Source: Bacilli bacterium (GTDB lineage Bacteria > Bacillota_I > Bacilli_A > RF39 > UBA660). From it: a stretch of 64,000 bases of DNA. Made by a program: the position numbers and the translations under genes. The DNA lies in the NCBI GenBank assembly GCA_017460745.1, contig JAFUAL010000029.1:3063-67062 (forward strand). Direction: 5' to 3'. Numbering within the stretch: position 1 is the stretch's first letter; each line of letters starts with the position of its first letter. Shown here one piece after another: positions 20,889-30,305 of this stretch. The notes under the pieces are model-generated. The model searched no databases, was not told where the DNA came from, and saw nothing but the letters and a program-made list of their open reading frames with translations.

Positions 20889-22234
20889 ATTATATCTGTA
20901 TCAACTACTTCTCCATTATAATTATCTATTATTTCAAAATCATTAAAATTAGAATTAGAATCACTTGAACCACTTATAACTTCAGGTTCACTATCGATTA
21001 CTTCAGCATAATTCATATCATCAGCATATTTTTCATCAAGCTCATTATCAATTGCAACATTTTTATAAATTTCTTCAAATGTTGTAATACCTTCTAGAAC
21101 TTTATTTAAACCATCTTGTAAAAGGGTACTTACATCGCCTCTATAAACTAACTCTCTAAGTTTATCTCTTGGTAAACTACTATCATTAATAGCTTCTTTA
21201 ATTTCATCATTTATAAGTAATACTTCTTGAATAGCAATTCGTCCATAGTAACCATTTCGACAGTTATCACAGTGTTTATCAGGATCAACATCAACGATTG
21301 TTTCTATATCTTTATTTAGAATTTCTTTAAATACGGCCTTTTCATAATCAGTAGTAGGGCGTTCTAAACGACAGTTTTTACATAAACGTCTAGCAAGTTT
21401 TTGAGATACTATACCAGTAAGAGCACTTGAAAGTAGATATCTCTCAACGTCCATATCCAAAAGTCTTTCAATGGTTGATAGGGAATTGTTGGTGTGGATA
21501 GTTGAAAAAACAAGGTGTCCTGTAATTGATGCACGAACGGCAATTTGAGCAGTTTCTGTATCACGAATTTCTCCGATTAGTATAATATTAGGGTCTTGTC
21601 TTAAGATACTACGAAGAACACGACCAAATGTTAATCCAATTTCAGAGTTTACTTGAACTTGGTTTATTCCTTCAATGTTCATTTCTATTGGGTCCTCAAC
21701 GGTTATAATATTAGTTTCTTCATTGTTTAGATGTTGAAGCATAGTATAGCAAGTTGTACTTTTACCAGTACCAGTAGCACCGGTTATTAGGATAATTCCG
21801 TTTGGAACTTCGATCATTTTCTTTATTTTAACAAGATTTTCGGGAGTAAATCCAAGAGATTCAAGTCCTTCAGCACTTTTTGAATAATCAAGAATACGAA
21901 TAACTATTTTTTCACCTAGATTGGTATTAAGTGCAGAAACACGCATATCTAAATCAATTCCGTTTATGGAATCTTTAATTGAACCATCTTGTGGAAGACG
22001 AGATTCAGTTATATTCATATTAGAAATTAATTTAATTCTTGTAGTTAAGTTTTTTTGATATAAAGGTGGAACTAATGTGTGATCTTGTAATACACCATCT
22101 ATTCTAAGGCGCACTTTTAATCCGGCTTCAACTGGGTCAAAGTGAATATCGCTGGCTCTTTTACTGGCAGCATATACAATGATATTGTTGCAGATATTTG
22201 CTATTTCGTCGTTCTTAAAATCGTATTCTACCAT
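20885..22234 (-). CDS. type II/IV secretion-system ATPase (GspE/PilB family), orphan
   Basis: Walker A GATGTGKST, Walker B ILIGEIRD, His box GHLVFSTIHTN, tetracysteine CKNC..CDNC motif. Acidic C-terminal tail. No pilin or platform genes nearby. Confidence 0.85.
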   Translation of the reverse strand: MVEYDFKNDEIANICNNIIVYAASKRASDIHFDPVEAGLKVRLRIDGVLQDHTLVPPLYQKNLTTRIKLISNMNITESRLPQDGSIKDSINGIDLDMRVSALNTNLGEKIVIRILDYSKSAEGLESLGFTPENLVKIKKMIEVPNGIILITGATGTGKSTTCYTMLQHLNNEETNIITVEDPIEMNIEGINQVQVNSEIGLTFGRVLRSILRQDPNIILIGEIRDTETAQIAVRASITGHLVFSTIHTNNSLSTIERLLDMDVERYLLSSALTGIVSQKLARRLCKNCRLERPTTDYEKAVFKEILNKDIETIVDVDPDKHCDNCRNGYYGRIAIQEVLLINDEIKEAINDSSLPRDKLRELVYRGDVSTLLQDGLNKVLEGITTFEEIYKNVAIDNELDEKYADDMNYAEVIDSEPEVISGSSDSNSNFNDFEIIDNYNGEVVDTDII

Positions 22235-22409
22235 ATTCTCACCTTCTTATTCTTACTACAATAGTATATCTTAAAATTAATTTTCTATCAAGTGTTTTTT
22301 CTTTTTTCTAAAAAAAAGAAAATATTTGACAAATATGTAACTTTAGTGTATAATATGTAAGCAATTAAATGTGGGGGAGTGTATTCACATTTTTAAAGGG
22401 GGAAAAAAT

Positions 22410-23666
22410 ATGTATACTGAAGAGAATGAATTTGATTATAATGATTATTTAGATGAAGAAGATAATTCTAGTTCAAAGAAACCATTTATTGACTTTAAAT
22501 TTATTTTAAAAATAATAGTTATTATTTTACTTGTTATTTTAATTATATTTTTAGTGTTTAAAATTAAGAATAAAAATGTTGAAAATAAAAATAATAAGGA
22601 GAATACTAATAGTGTTGCCTTAATTAGTGATAATATTAATCTAATAAGAGATGCATCTCGTGCTTATTTCTTTCAAGATGAGCATTTACCAGTAGAATTA
22701 CTTGAAAGTAGAGATGTTACAGTTAAGGAGTTAATTAATCAAAAATTAATTATTAGTATTAAAGATAAAGATGGTAATGTATGTGGTTATAATACATCAG
22801 GTTCAACTATTACTAAAAATAAAAATGATTATGAACTTGACGTTAGATTAGTATGTGCTACATCATCTGATGAGAAGAAATTCTATTATGATTTAGATGG
22901 AGCTTGTTTAAATTGTAATGGAGAAAATTATACTCCAAATAATGATAATAATGAAGAAAATCAAAGTAGTAATAGTGAAAATATTAATAATAATAATTTA
23001 AATGAAGATAACAATAATAATAATTCATCAGAAAATAATGACAAAGTATGTGGAGTTTATTCTGATTGGACTACTGAAGTTAAGAATGATTCTAATTTAC
23101 AAAAAGAAACAAGAACTTTAGTAAAAGCGTATAAAAATGAAGTAGTATATGGTGAATGGGGAGAATCAACAACAACTCCAATTGAGGCTAGTGATACAGT
23201 GGATGTTAAAAGTTTTGAAGCTATTGATATTCAAAGTAAAAGAACATGTAGTGATGAATCTACAACTAAACCAGCAAGTCGTGAAAATCGTGAAATATCA
23301 TCACGTGTTGTGACTAAAAAATCAACGACTAAAGTTTGTAGTGGTGGTAAAACTTATACTAAAACTTTAACAAAATGGGATAATTCAGCAGATAGTTGTA
23401 AATCTTATGGAATTGGAAAAGTTGTTTGTACTTATACAAGTAAGAAAACTTGTACTAATAAGACAACTTCTAAAAGTGTAACATATTATACTTACTGTGA
23501 TACCGAAACAGTTGAAGTTCCAATTACTTTCTATGTATCAAGAAGTGTTAGCTATAATCCAATTTATACTGACTATATATTAGAAAGTGAGATACCAGAA
23601 GGCTATACTAAGGTTAATGGCTCTGAAATAGTACAATATAGATATCGTGAAAAGTGTGGTAAATAA
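22410..23666 (+). CDS. membrane-anchored Cys-rich hypothetical protein with an Asn-rich linker
   Basis: AAGGGGG SD before the ATG at 22410. One TM helix, an N-rich low-complexity segment and a C-terminal region with many Cys/Thr/Lys. A TTGACA-17-TATAAT promoter lies upstream. Confidence 0.65.
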   Translation: MYTEENEFDYNDYLDEEDNSSSKKPFIDFKFILKIIVIILLVILIIFLVFKIKNKNVENKNNKENTNSVALISDNINLIRDASRAYFFQDEHLPVELLESRDVTVKELINQKLIISIKDKDGNVCGYNTSGSTITKNKNDYELDVRLVCATSSDEKKFYYDLDGACLNCNGENYTPNNDNNEENQSSNSENINNNNLNEDNNNNNSSENNDKVCGVYSDWTTEVKNDSNLQKETRTLVKAYKNEVVYGEWGESTTTPIEASDTVDVKSFEAIDIQSKRTCSDESTTKPASRENREISSRVVTKKSTTKVCSGGKTYTKTLTKWDNSADSCKSYGIGKVVCTYTSKKTCTNKTTSKSVTYYTYCDTETVEVPITFYVSRSVSYNPIYTDYILESEIPEGYTKVNGSEIVQYRYREKCGK

Positions 23667-23702
23667 ACTTTATCATGCTTTTTTTTATGATATAATATAT
23701 TC

Positions 23703-24353
23703 GTGATGGACATGAAGGTAGTTATAGATGATAAAGAATTAGAAGTAGTAATTAAAAGGAGAAAAGGAAATAAAAGAACATATTTAAGAGTGGATTCTAA
23801 TATGAATATTTCTATTTCAACAAATAATGGAACAAGTACTAAAGATATTTTAAAAATGATTGAAGATAATAAAAACTTTATAATTAAAAATTTAAAATTA
23901 AGAGAAAAAGAGAAAGAATTTAATGAAAAATTTTATTATTTAGGAAAAAGTTATGATATAGTATATTTAAATAATAAGGATGTAATATTAGGTGAAGATG
24001 CTGTTTTTTTTAGTCGAGATACTGATATTGATAAATGGTTAAAAAGAAAGGCTTCTATTATATTTAAAGAAGAATTAGATAAGATTTATAATATTTTTCC
24101 AGTACCAATTCCATATCCAACTTTAACCATTCGTTTGATGAAAACGCGTCATGGGGTATGTAATGTTAAAACTAAAAGAGTAACGTTAAATCTTAATTTA
24201 ATAAAAAGAGATATTAAATATTTAGATTATGTTATTGTTCATGAGTTATCACATTTAGTACATCCAAATCATTCTAAATCATTTTGGAATTTAGTAAGTA
24301 AATTGGTACCAGATTATAAAAAATTGAGAAAGGAACTTAATAGTTATGAATAA
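23703..24353 (+). CDS. M48/WLM-like metallohydrolase (DUF45, YgjP family)
   Basis: C-terminal HELSHLVHPNHS zinc motif and size typical of YgjP-like proteins. Confidence 0.7.
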   Translation: MMDMKVVIDDKELEVVIKRRKGNKRTYLRVDSNMNISISTNNGTSTKDILKMIEDNKNFIIKNLKLREKEKEFNEKFYYLGKSYDIVYLNNKDVILGEDAVFFSRDTDIDKWLKRKASIIFKEELDKIYNIFPVPIPYPTLTIRLMKTRHGVCNVKTKRVTLNLNLIKRDIKYLDYVIVHELSHLVHPNHSKSFWNLVSKLVPDYKKLRKELNSYE

Positions 24354-25176
24354 AATAATAGATGGGAAATTAGTTCGTGATGCACGAGCAAATGAATTAA
24401 TGGAGAAAGTAAAAAATATTAAAGATGAACTAACTTTAGTTGTAATAAGTGTTGGAAATGATGAAGCAAGTCGAGTTTATGTTGGTCAAAAAGAGAAAAT
24501 GGCTAATAAAATAGGATATAGTTTTTTGAATTTGCATTATGATGAAATTGAAGAGGAAGAATTAATTCATAAAATTGAAGAGTTAAATAATGATCAAAAA
24601 ATAACAGGTATAATTGTTCAATTACCACTTCCTGCGTATTTAAATAAAGAAAAAATTATAAATGCAATTTCACCTTTAAAAGATGTTGATGGATTAACAA
24701 ATTACAACTTAATTAAATTAATAAAAAAAGAAGAATGTCTTATTCCTTGTACTCCGCTTGGAATCATGAATTTACTTGATTACTATAAAATTAATTTAGA
24801 AACAAATATCGTAATTGTTGGAAGAAGTGAGTTAGTTGGATTACCATTATTTCATTTATTAGAAAATAGAAATGCAACAGTTACTTTGTGTCATTCGAAA
24901 ACTAAAAATTTAGGTGACATTACTAAAAATGCTGATATATTAATAGTATGTGTTGGTAAAAAAGAATTAATAACTAAAGACATGGTAAAAGATGGAGGAA
25001 TTATAATAGATGTTGGTATAAATAGAGAAGATGATAAGTTATATGGCGATGTATCTTCTCTTGCAATGGAAAAGGCTCAACTTATGACGCCAGTTCCTGG
25101 GGGAGTTGGACCAATGACAGTTATATCTTTAATGGAAAATGTCTATAAAGCATATTGTTTTCAAAATAAAAAATAA
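24346..25176 (+). CDS. folD: bifunctional methylenetetrahydrofolate dehydrogenase/cyclohydrolase
   Basis: ..SRVYVGQKEK.., GIIVQLPLP, PCTPLGIM, VVGRSELVG, PVPGGVGPMT motifs. Confidence 0.93.
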   Translation: MNKIIDGKLVRDARANELMEKVKNIKDELTLVVISVGNDEASRVYVGQKEKMANKIGYSFLNLHYDEIEEEELIHKIEELNNDQKITGIIVQLPLPAYLNKEKIINAISPLKDVDGLTNYNLIKLIKKEECLIPCTPLGIMNLLDYYKINLETNIVIVGRSELVGLPLFHLLENRNATVTLCHSKTKNLGDITKNADILIVCVGKKELITKDMVKDGGIIIDVGINREDDKLYGDVSSLAMEKAQLMTPVPGGVGPMTVISLMENVYKAYCFQNKK

Positions 25177-25256
25177 GAAAAATAAAAATGTTCTTAATCG
25201 TTGCATTTAAGTCATTTTTATTTTATAATACTATTTGTTAGTTGGTAGGTGATTTG

Positions 25257-26714
25257 ATGGAGAGTATTACGTATAGTGATTTAGAAAAACGAGTTTTATC
25301 ATATACTCCACTTGATGTTATGAAACTACGTCGTGCATATGATTATGCTAAAAAATATCATGAAAATCAATTTAGAGCAAGTGGTGAACCTTATATTATT
25401 CATCCACTTAATGTTGCATATATTTTATCATTTATGCATGCTGATATGGATACAATTATTGCGTCTTTATTACATGATGTTGTTGAAGATACAGAATCAA
25501 CACTTGATGAAATCGAAAAGAACTTTAATAAAACAGTCAGAGAATTAGTAGATGGTGTTACTAAGATGACTAAACTTGATCTAAACAATAAAAAAGAACT
25601 ATCAGCTGTTAACATTAGAAGACTAATTGTAAGTTTAGCACGTGATCCAAGAATCATTATTATAAAACTAGTAGATAGACTTCATAATATGAGAACACTT
25701 GAATATAAAAGTGAAAAAAAGCAACTTGAAAAAGCTCTTGAAACTCTTGAAATATATGTACCACTTTCTTATTATATTGGAGCTAATAAAATAAGAGATG
25801 AACTTGAAAATTTAAGTTTTAAATATTTAAAACCAAGTATATATGGAGATATAAAAAAACAAAGAGAAGATTTAAAAAGAGAAACAAAATCATTAGTTGA
25901 AGAAGAAGTAAAAAAATTAACAAATTTATTTAAAAAGAATGGTATTAAAGTTAGTTTTGAAATACGTTATAAAGATAATTATAGTATATATAAGAAATTA
26001 ATTACAAAAGAAACATTTGATATGATACATGATATGATTTCAGTTAAGGTATTAGTTAAAAATGTTCGTGATTGTTATATGGCTTTGATGTTGATACATG
26101 AGGCGTATACTCCAATTAATGATAGGTTTAAAGATTATATTGCTAAACCTAAAACAAATATGTATAAATCAATTCATACAACTGTTTTTGGACCAGATAA
26201 TAGATTTTTGCAATTTCAAATCAGAACTCACGAAATGGAACAAGTTGCCATTTTTGGACTTACTTCTTATTGGTTTAAATATAAAAATAATGCAAGAATA
26301 CATATGCAGAAGGATTTAGAAAATAATTTTCAATTTTTTAAAGAAATTAAAGAACTTGATAGTACAATTCTTGATAATACGGAATTCTTATCTCAAGTAA
26401 AAAAGGAATTATTTGGGAGTAATATCTATGTTTATACAACCGGTGGAGATGTAATTGAGTTACCAAGTGGTGCAACTGTTATTGATTTTGCTTATAAAAT
26501 TCATACGGATATTGGTAATAATATGGTTGCAGCAATTGTAAATTCTGAAGCAGTACCATTTGATTATGTTTTAAGTAATCAAGATAAGGTAAGAATAATT
26601 ACGGATGATAAGGCTTATATTCCAAAGTTTGATTGGCTAGATAAAGTTGTAACTACAAGTGCTAGAAATAAAATAATGGATTATATAAAAGAACATGAAG
26701 AAAAAGAAGAATAG
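25257..26714 (+). CDS. RelA/SpoT-family (p)ppGpp synthetase/hydrolase, short form (HD + synthetase + TGS, no C-terminal ACT region)
   Basis: HD motif HPLNVA..LLHDVVEDT. Synthetase core DYIAKPKTNMYKSIHTTV. TGS-like VYTTGGDVIELPSGATVIDFAYKIH. The protein ends about 60 aa after the TGS domain. Confidence 0.8.
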   Translation: MESITYSDLEKRVLSYTPLDVMKLRRAYDYAKKYHENQFRASGEPYIIHPLNVAYILSFMHADMDTIIASLLHDVVEDTESTLDEIEKNFNKTVRELVDGVTKMTKLDLNNKKELSAVNIRRLIVSLARDPRIIIIKLVDRLHNMRTLEYKSEKKQLEKALETLEIYVPLSYYIGANKIRDELENLSFKYLKPSIYGDIKKQREDLKRETKSLVEEEVKKLTNLFKKNGIKVSFEIRYKDNYSIYKKLITKETFDMIHDMISVKVLVKNVRDCYMALMLIHEAYTPINDRFKDYIAKPKTNMYKSIHTTVFGPDNRFLQFQIRTHEMEQVAIFGLTSYWFKYKNNARIHMQKDLENNFQFFKEIKELDSTILDNTEFLSQVKKELFGSNIYVYTTGGDVIELPSGATVIDFAYKIHTDIGNNMVAAIVNSEAVPFDYVLSNQDKVRIITDDKAYIPKFDWLDKVVTTSARNKIMDYIKEHEEKEE

Positions 26715-26797
26715 AAGTAAATATTTATTTACAAAAACGATATTAAATGATACAATACTAAGACATTGAAAACTTATTAAAGAAAAAGGAGAATATT

Positions 26798-28459
26798 ATG
26801 AACGATAAATTAAAAGAACTTGCAGATTTGATGTTTCCAAATGTTACTAAAACAGTAAGTGACTATGAAAAAATGTATCCAGAAAGAAAACTTGAAGATG
26901 GTGCTCGTGTAACACGTTTTGCACCTAGTCCAACAGGATTTGTTCATATGGGAAGTTTACTTTCAGCTTTAGAAGATTATAAAGCTGCGCGTGATACGAA
27001 CGGAATATTTTATTTAAGAATTGAGGATACAGATCAAAAAAGAAGTGTTGAAAATGGTATTACAGGAATCCTTAATGATTTAAAAAACTTTGATATTACA
27101 CCAGATGAAGGAATGATAAATGAAACAGATGCAATAGGTGAGTATGGACCTTATATTCAAAGTAAGCGACAAGAAATATATCATACTTTTGCGAAAGACT
27201 TAGTTTTAAGAGGACTTGCTTATCCTTGTTTTTGTACTTCAGTTGAACTTGATGAAATAAGAGAGATTCAAGAACTTAATAAAGAGCGAATTGGTTATTA
27301 TGGCTCATTTGCTAAATGTCGTAGTTTGAGTATAGATGAGGCTATTAATAAAATAAAGGCTGGATGCGAATTTACAGTTCGTCTTAAATCACCAGGTGAT
27401 TTTGATAAAAAGATTACGTTACATGATGAAGCCAGAGGTGACATTGAATTTCCTGAAAATGATTTGGATGTTGTTATAATTAAATCAACTGATAAACTTC
27501 CAACTTATCATTTTGCTCATTTAGTAGATGATCATTTAATGCATACAACTCATGTAATGCGAGGTGAGGAGTGGATTGCATCATTTCCAATTCATGCTCA
27601 ATTATTTGAGGTATTTGGTTTTGAATTGCCAAAATATGTTCATCTTGGAGTTGTTATGAAAATAGATGAAGAGGGAGTTCGTAGAAAATTATCTAAAAGA
27701 AAAGATAAAGAAGCAAGTGTTGAATTTTATCATAAAGAAGGAATTCCAAAAGATGCAGTTAAATTATATTTGATGACAATTGCAAATTCTAATTTTGAAG
27801 AATGGCTTAATAATAATCCAGATAAGGATTTATCAGAGTTTAAATTTGATTTTAAAAAGATTAGTACAAGTGGTAGTTTATTTGATGTTGAAAAATTATT
27901 TAATATTTCTAAAAATTATTTAAGTAAATTAAGTGCTACTGAAATATATGATAATTTACTTATTTGGACTAAGGAATTTGATCCTGAGTTTTATAACATT
28001 TTAGAAAATAATAAAGATTATGCTATAAGTGTATTTAATATAGAACGTGGTGGAGAAAAGCCAAGAAAAGATTACACAAGCTATTCAAGTATTAGAAATT
28101 TTGTTTTCTATATGTTTGATGAATTATTTGAAAATCCAGATTATGAATGGAATAAAATAACTGATAAGGAAGAAATTGCTACTATTTTGAATACATACTA
28201 TGAAAAATACATGGTATTAGATAATAAAGATGAATGGTTTCCTAAAGTAAAAGAAATGTGTGATGAACTAGGCTATGCATCAAATATTAAAGAATATAAG
28301 AAAAATCCAGATATGTATAAAGGAAATGTTGCTGATGTATCTGGGGTTATCAGAGTTGCTTTAACAAGTAAAACTAATACACCAGACTTATACGAAATCA
28401 TGAAATTACTTGGAAAGGATAGAATAAAAGAAAGATTTGATAGAGTATTAAAAAAGTAA
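26798..28459 (+). CDS. gltX: glutamate--tRNA ligase (long form)
   Basis: PSPTGFVHMGSL (HIGH-type) and KLSKRK (KMSKS-type) motifs. Confidence 0.85.
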   Translation: MNDKLKELADLMFPNVTKTVSDYEKMYPERKLEDGARVTRFAPSPTGFVHMGSLLSALEDYKAARDTNGIFYLRIEDTDQKRSVENGITGILNDLKNFDITPDEGMINETDAIGEYGPYIQSKRQEIYHTFAKDLVLRGLAYPCFCTSVELDEIREIQELNKERIGYYGSFAKCRSLSIDEAINKIKAGCEFTVRLKSPGDFDKKITLHDEARGDIEFPENDLDVVIIKSTDKLPTYHFAHLVDDHLMHTTHVMRGEEWIASFPIHAQLFEVFGFELPKYVHLGVVMKIDEEGVRRKLSKRKDKEASVEFYHKEGIPKDAVKLYLMTIANSNFEEWLNNNPDKDLSEFKFDFKKISTSGSLFDVEKLFNISKNYLSKLSATEIYDNLLIWTKEFDPEFYNILENNKDYAISVFNIERGGEKPRKDYTSYSSIRNFVFYMFDELFENPDYEWNKITDKEEIATILNTYYEKYMVLDNKDEWFPKVKEMCDELGYASNIKEYKKNPDMYKGNVADVSGVIRVALTSKTNTPDLYEIMKLLGKDRIKERFDRVLKK

Positions 28460-28565
28460 ACTAAATAGTTTATTTTTTTTAGTAAATATAGATTATATTT
28501 TCTTGACATTACTATGCTATAAAGCATATAATGTATAAGACTTTATAAAAGAGGGAAGTGATAAT

Positions 28566-30305
28566 ATGTTTAAATTATTTAAGAATTTAGGTAAAAAACA
28601 ATTACTATTTATGTTAATATCAATAAGTCTTGTAGTTGTTCAAGTTTTACTTGATTTGAGACTACCAGATTATATGTCTAATATTACAACACTTGTCCAA
28701 ACTGAAGGAAGTTTACATGATATTTTAATGGAAGGTGCTAAAATGCTTGGATGTGCCTTTTTAAGTCTTGGAACAAGTATCATAGTTGGATATTTAGCAA
28801 CTTATTTAGCAAGTAGTTTTGGAAATATTACGAGAGGTAAAATTTATAGAAAAGTTTTAGGATTTTCAACTTCTGAAATAAAAGAATTTAGTGTTGCTAG
28901 TTTAATAACTAGAACAACTAATGACGTAGGTCAAGTTCAAATGCTTATTTCTTTTGGCCTTCAAGCTTTAATTAAAGCACCTATTATGGCAATTCTTGCA
29001 ATTATTAAAATATATGGTAAAAACTTTAGTTTTAGTTTAATTACTTTTATGGCTGTTGTTATTTTACTTATATTAATAGTAATTATTATCAGTATTGTTA
29101 TACCAAGATTTAAGATAGTTCAAAAATTAACTGATAATTTAAATAGAATAACAAGAGAAAATTTAACAGGTATCAGAGTTATTCGTGCTTTTAATGCTGA
29201 AGATTATCAAAATAATAAATTTCAAAGTGCAAATAATGATTTAACCAATACTCAACTTTTTAATCAAAGAGTTTTAGGAATTATGTCTCCTGTTATGACA
29301 ATGATAACATCAACTCTTACTTTAGCAATCTATGTAGTTGGTGCAATTTTAATTAATGAAGCAGGAATTTTGGATAAAATAACTATTTTTAGTGATATGG
29401 TAGTATTTTCAACTTATGCAATGCAAGTTATTATGTCATTTATGATGCTAGTTATGATTTTCTTGATTTATCCAAGAGCCAGCGTATCTGCAACTCGTAT
29501 TCTTGAAGTTTTAGAAAGTAATGAAAAAATTAAGGATGGAGAATTATCTCATGGAAAAGAAATAGGAACGGTTGAATTTAAAAACGTTACATTTAAATAT
29601 CCTGATGCAGATGAATGTATGATTCATGATGTATCATTTGCTATTAATAAAGGTGAAACAGTTGGTATAATTGGTGGAACTGGAAGTGGAAAAAGTACAT
29701 TAGTTAATTTAATTCCAAGATTTTATGATGCAACAAGTGGAAAAATACTAGTTGATGGAATAGATGTTCGTGATTATAAATTAGAAAATTTATATGAAAA
29801 AATTGGATATGTTAGTCAGAAAGCTGTAATATTTTCGAAAACTATTAAAGAAAATGTTAGTTATGGAAAAAAGAGGACAAGTGATGAAAAAATTCTTGAT
29901 GCAATTAAAGTAAGTGAAGCATATGAATTTGTATCAAAACTTGATAATGGAATAAATTATGAAATTGCTCGTGGTGGAACCAATATTTCTGGTGGTCAAA
30001 AGCAAAGGTTACAACTAGCTCGTGCTATTGCAAAAGATCCTGAAATCTATATTTTTGATGATTCATTTTCTGCTCTTGATAATGAAACGGATTTGCGTGT
30101 TCGAAAGAATTTAAAGAAATATACGAAGGATGCAACCAGAATTATTGTTGCTAGTCGTATTGGAACTATTATTAATGCAGATAAAATAATAGTTTTAGAA
30201 CATGGTGAGATTGTTGGTATTGGAACGCATAAAGATTTACTTAAAAATTGTCCTATATATAAAGAAATTGCCAAAAGTCAACTTAGTGAGGAGGAATTAG
30301 CATGA
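28566..30305 (+). CDS. ABC exporter, fused permease/ATPase subunit 1
   Basis: Six-TM domain plus NBD with GGTGSGKST, ISGGQKQRLQLARA, IYIFDDSFSALD. Confidence 0.9.
   Translation: MFKLFKNLGKKQLLFMLISISLVVVQVLLDLRLPDYMSNITTLVQTEGSLHDILMEGAKMLGCAFLSLGTSIIVGYLATYLASSFGNITRGKIYRKVLGFSTSEIKEFSVASLITRTTNDVGQVQMLISFGLQALIKAPIMAILAIIKIYGKNFSFSLITFMAVVILLILIVIIISIVIPRFKIVQKLTDNLNRITRENLTGIRVIRAFNAEDYQNNKFQSANNDLTNTQLFNQRVLGIMSPVMTMITSTLTLAIYVVGAILINEAGILDKITIFSDMVVFSTYAMQVIMSFMMLVMIFLIYPRASVSATRILEVLESNEKIKDGELSHGKEIGTVEFKNVTFKYPDADECMIHDVSFAINKGETVGIIGGTGSGKSTLVNLIPRFYDATSGKILVDGIDVRDYKLENLYEKIGYVSQKAVIFSKTIKENVSYGKKRTSDEKILDAIKVSEAYEFVSKLDNGINYEIARGGTNISGGQKQRLQLARAIAKDPEIYIFDDSFSALDNETDLRVRKNLKKYTKDATRIIVASRIGTIINADKIIVLEHGEIVGIGTHKDLLKNCPIYKEIAKSQLSEEELA

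Noticed and set aside
25333-26319. ORFs 25333-25548 (+), 25400-25657 (-) and 26098-26319 (+)
   Set aside because: They are alternative or antisense frames inside the Rel/SpoT homolog. The Rel frame carries the conserved HD and synthetase motifs.
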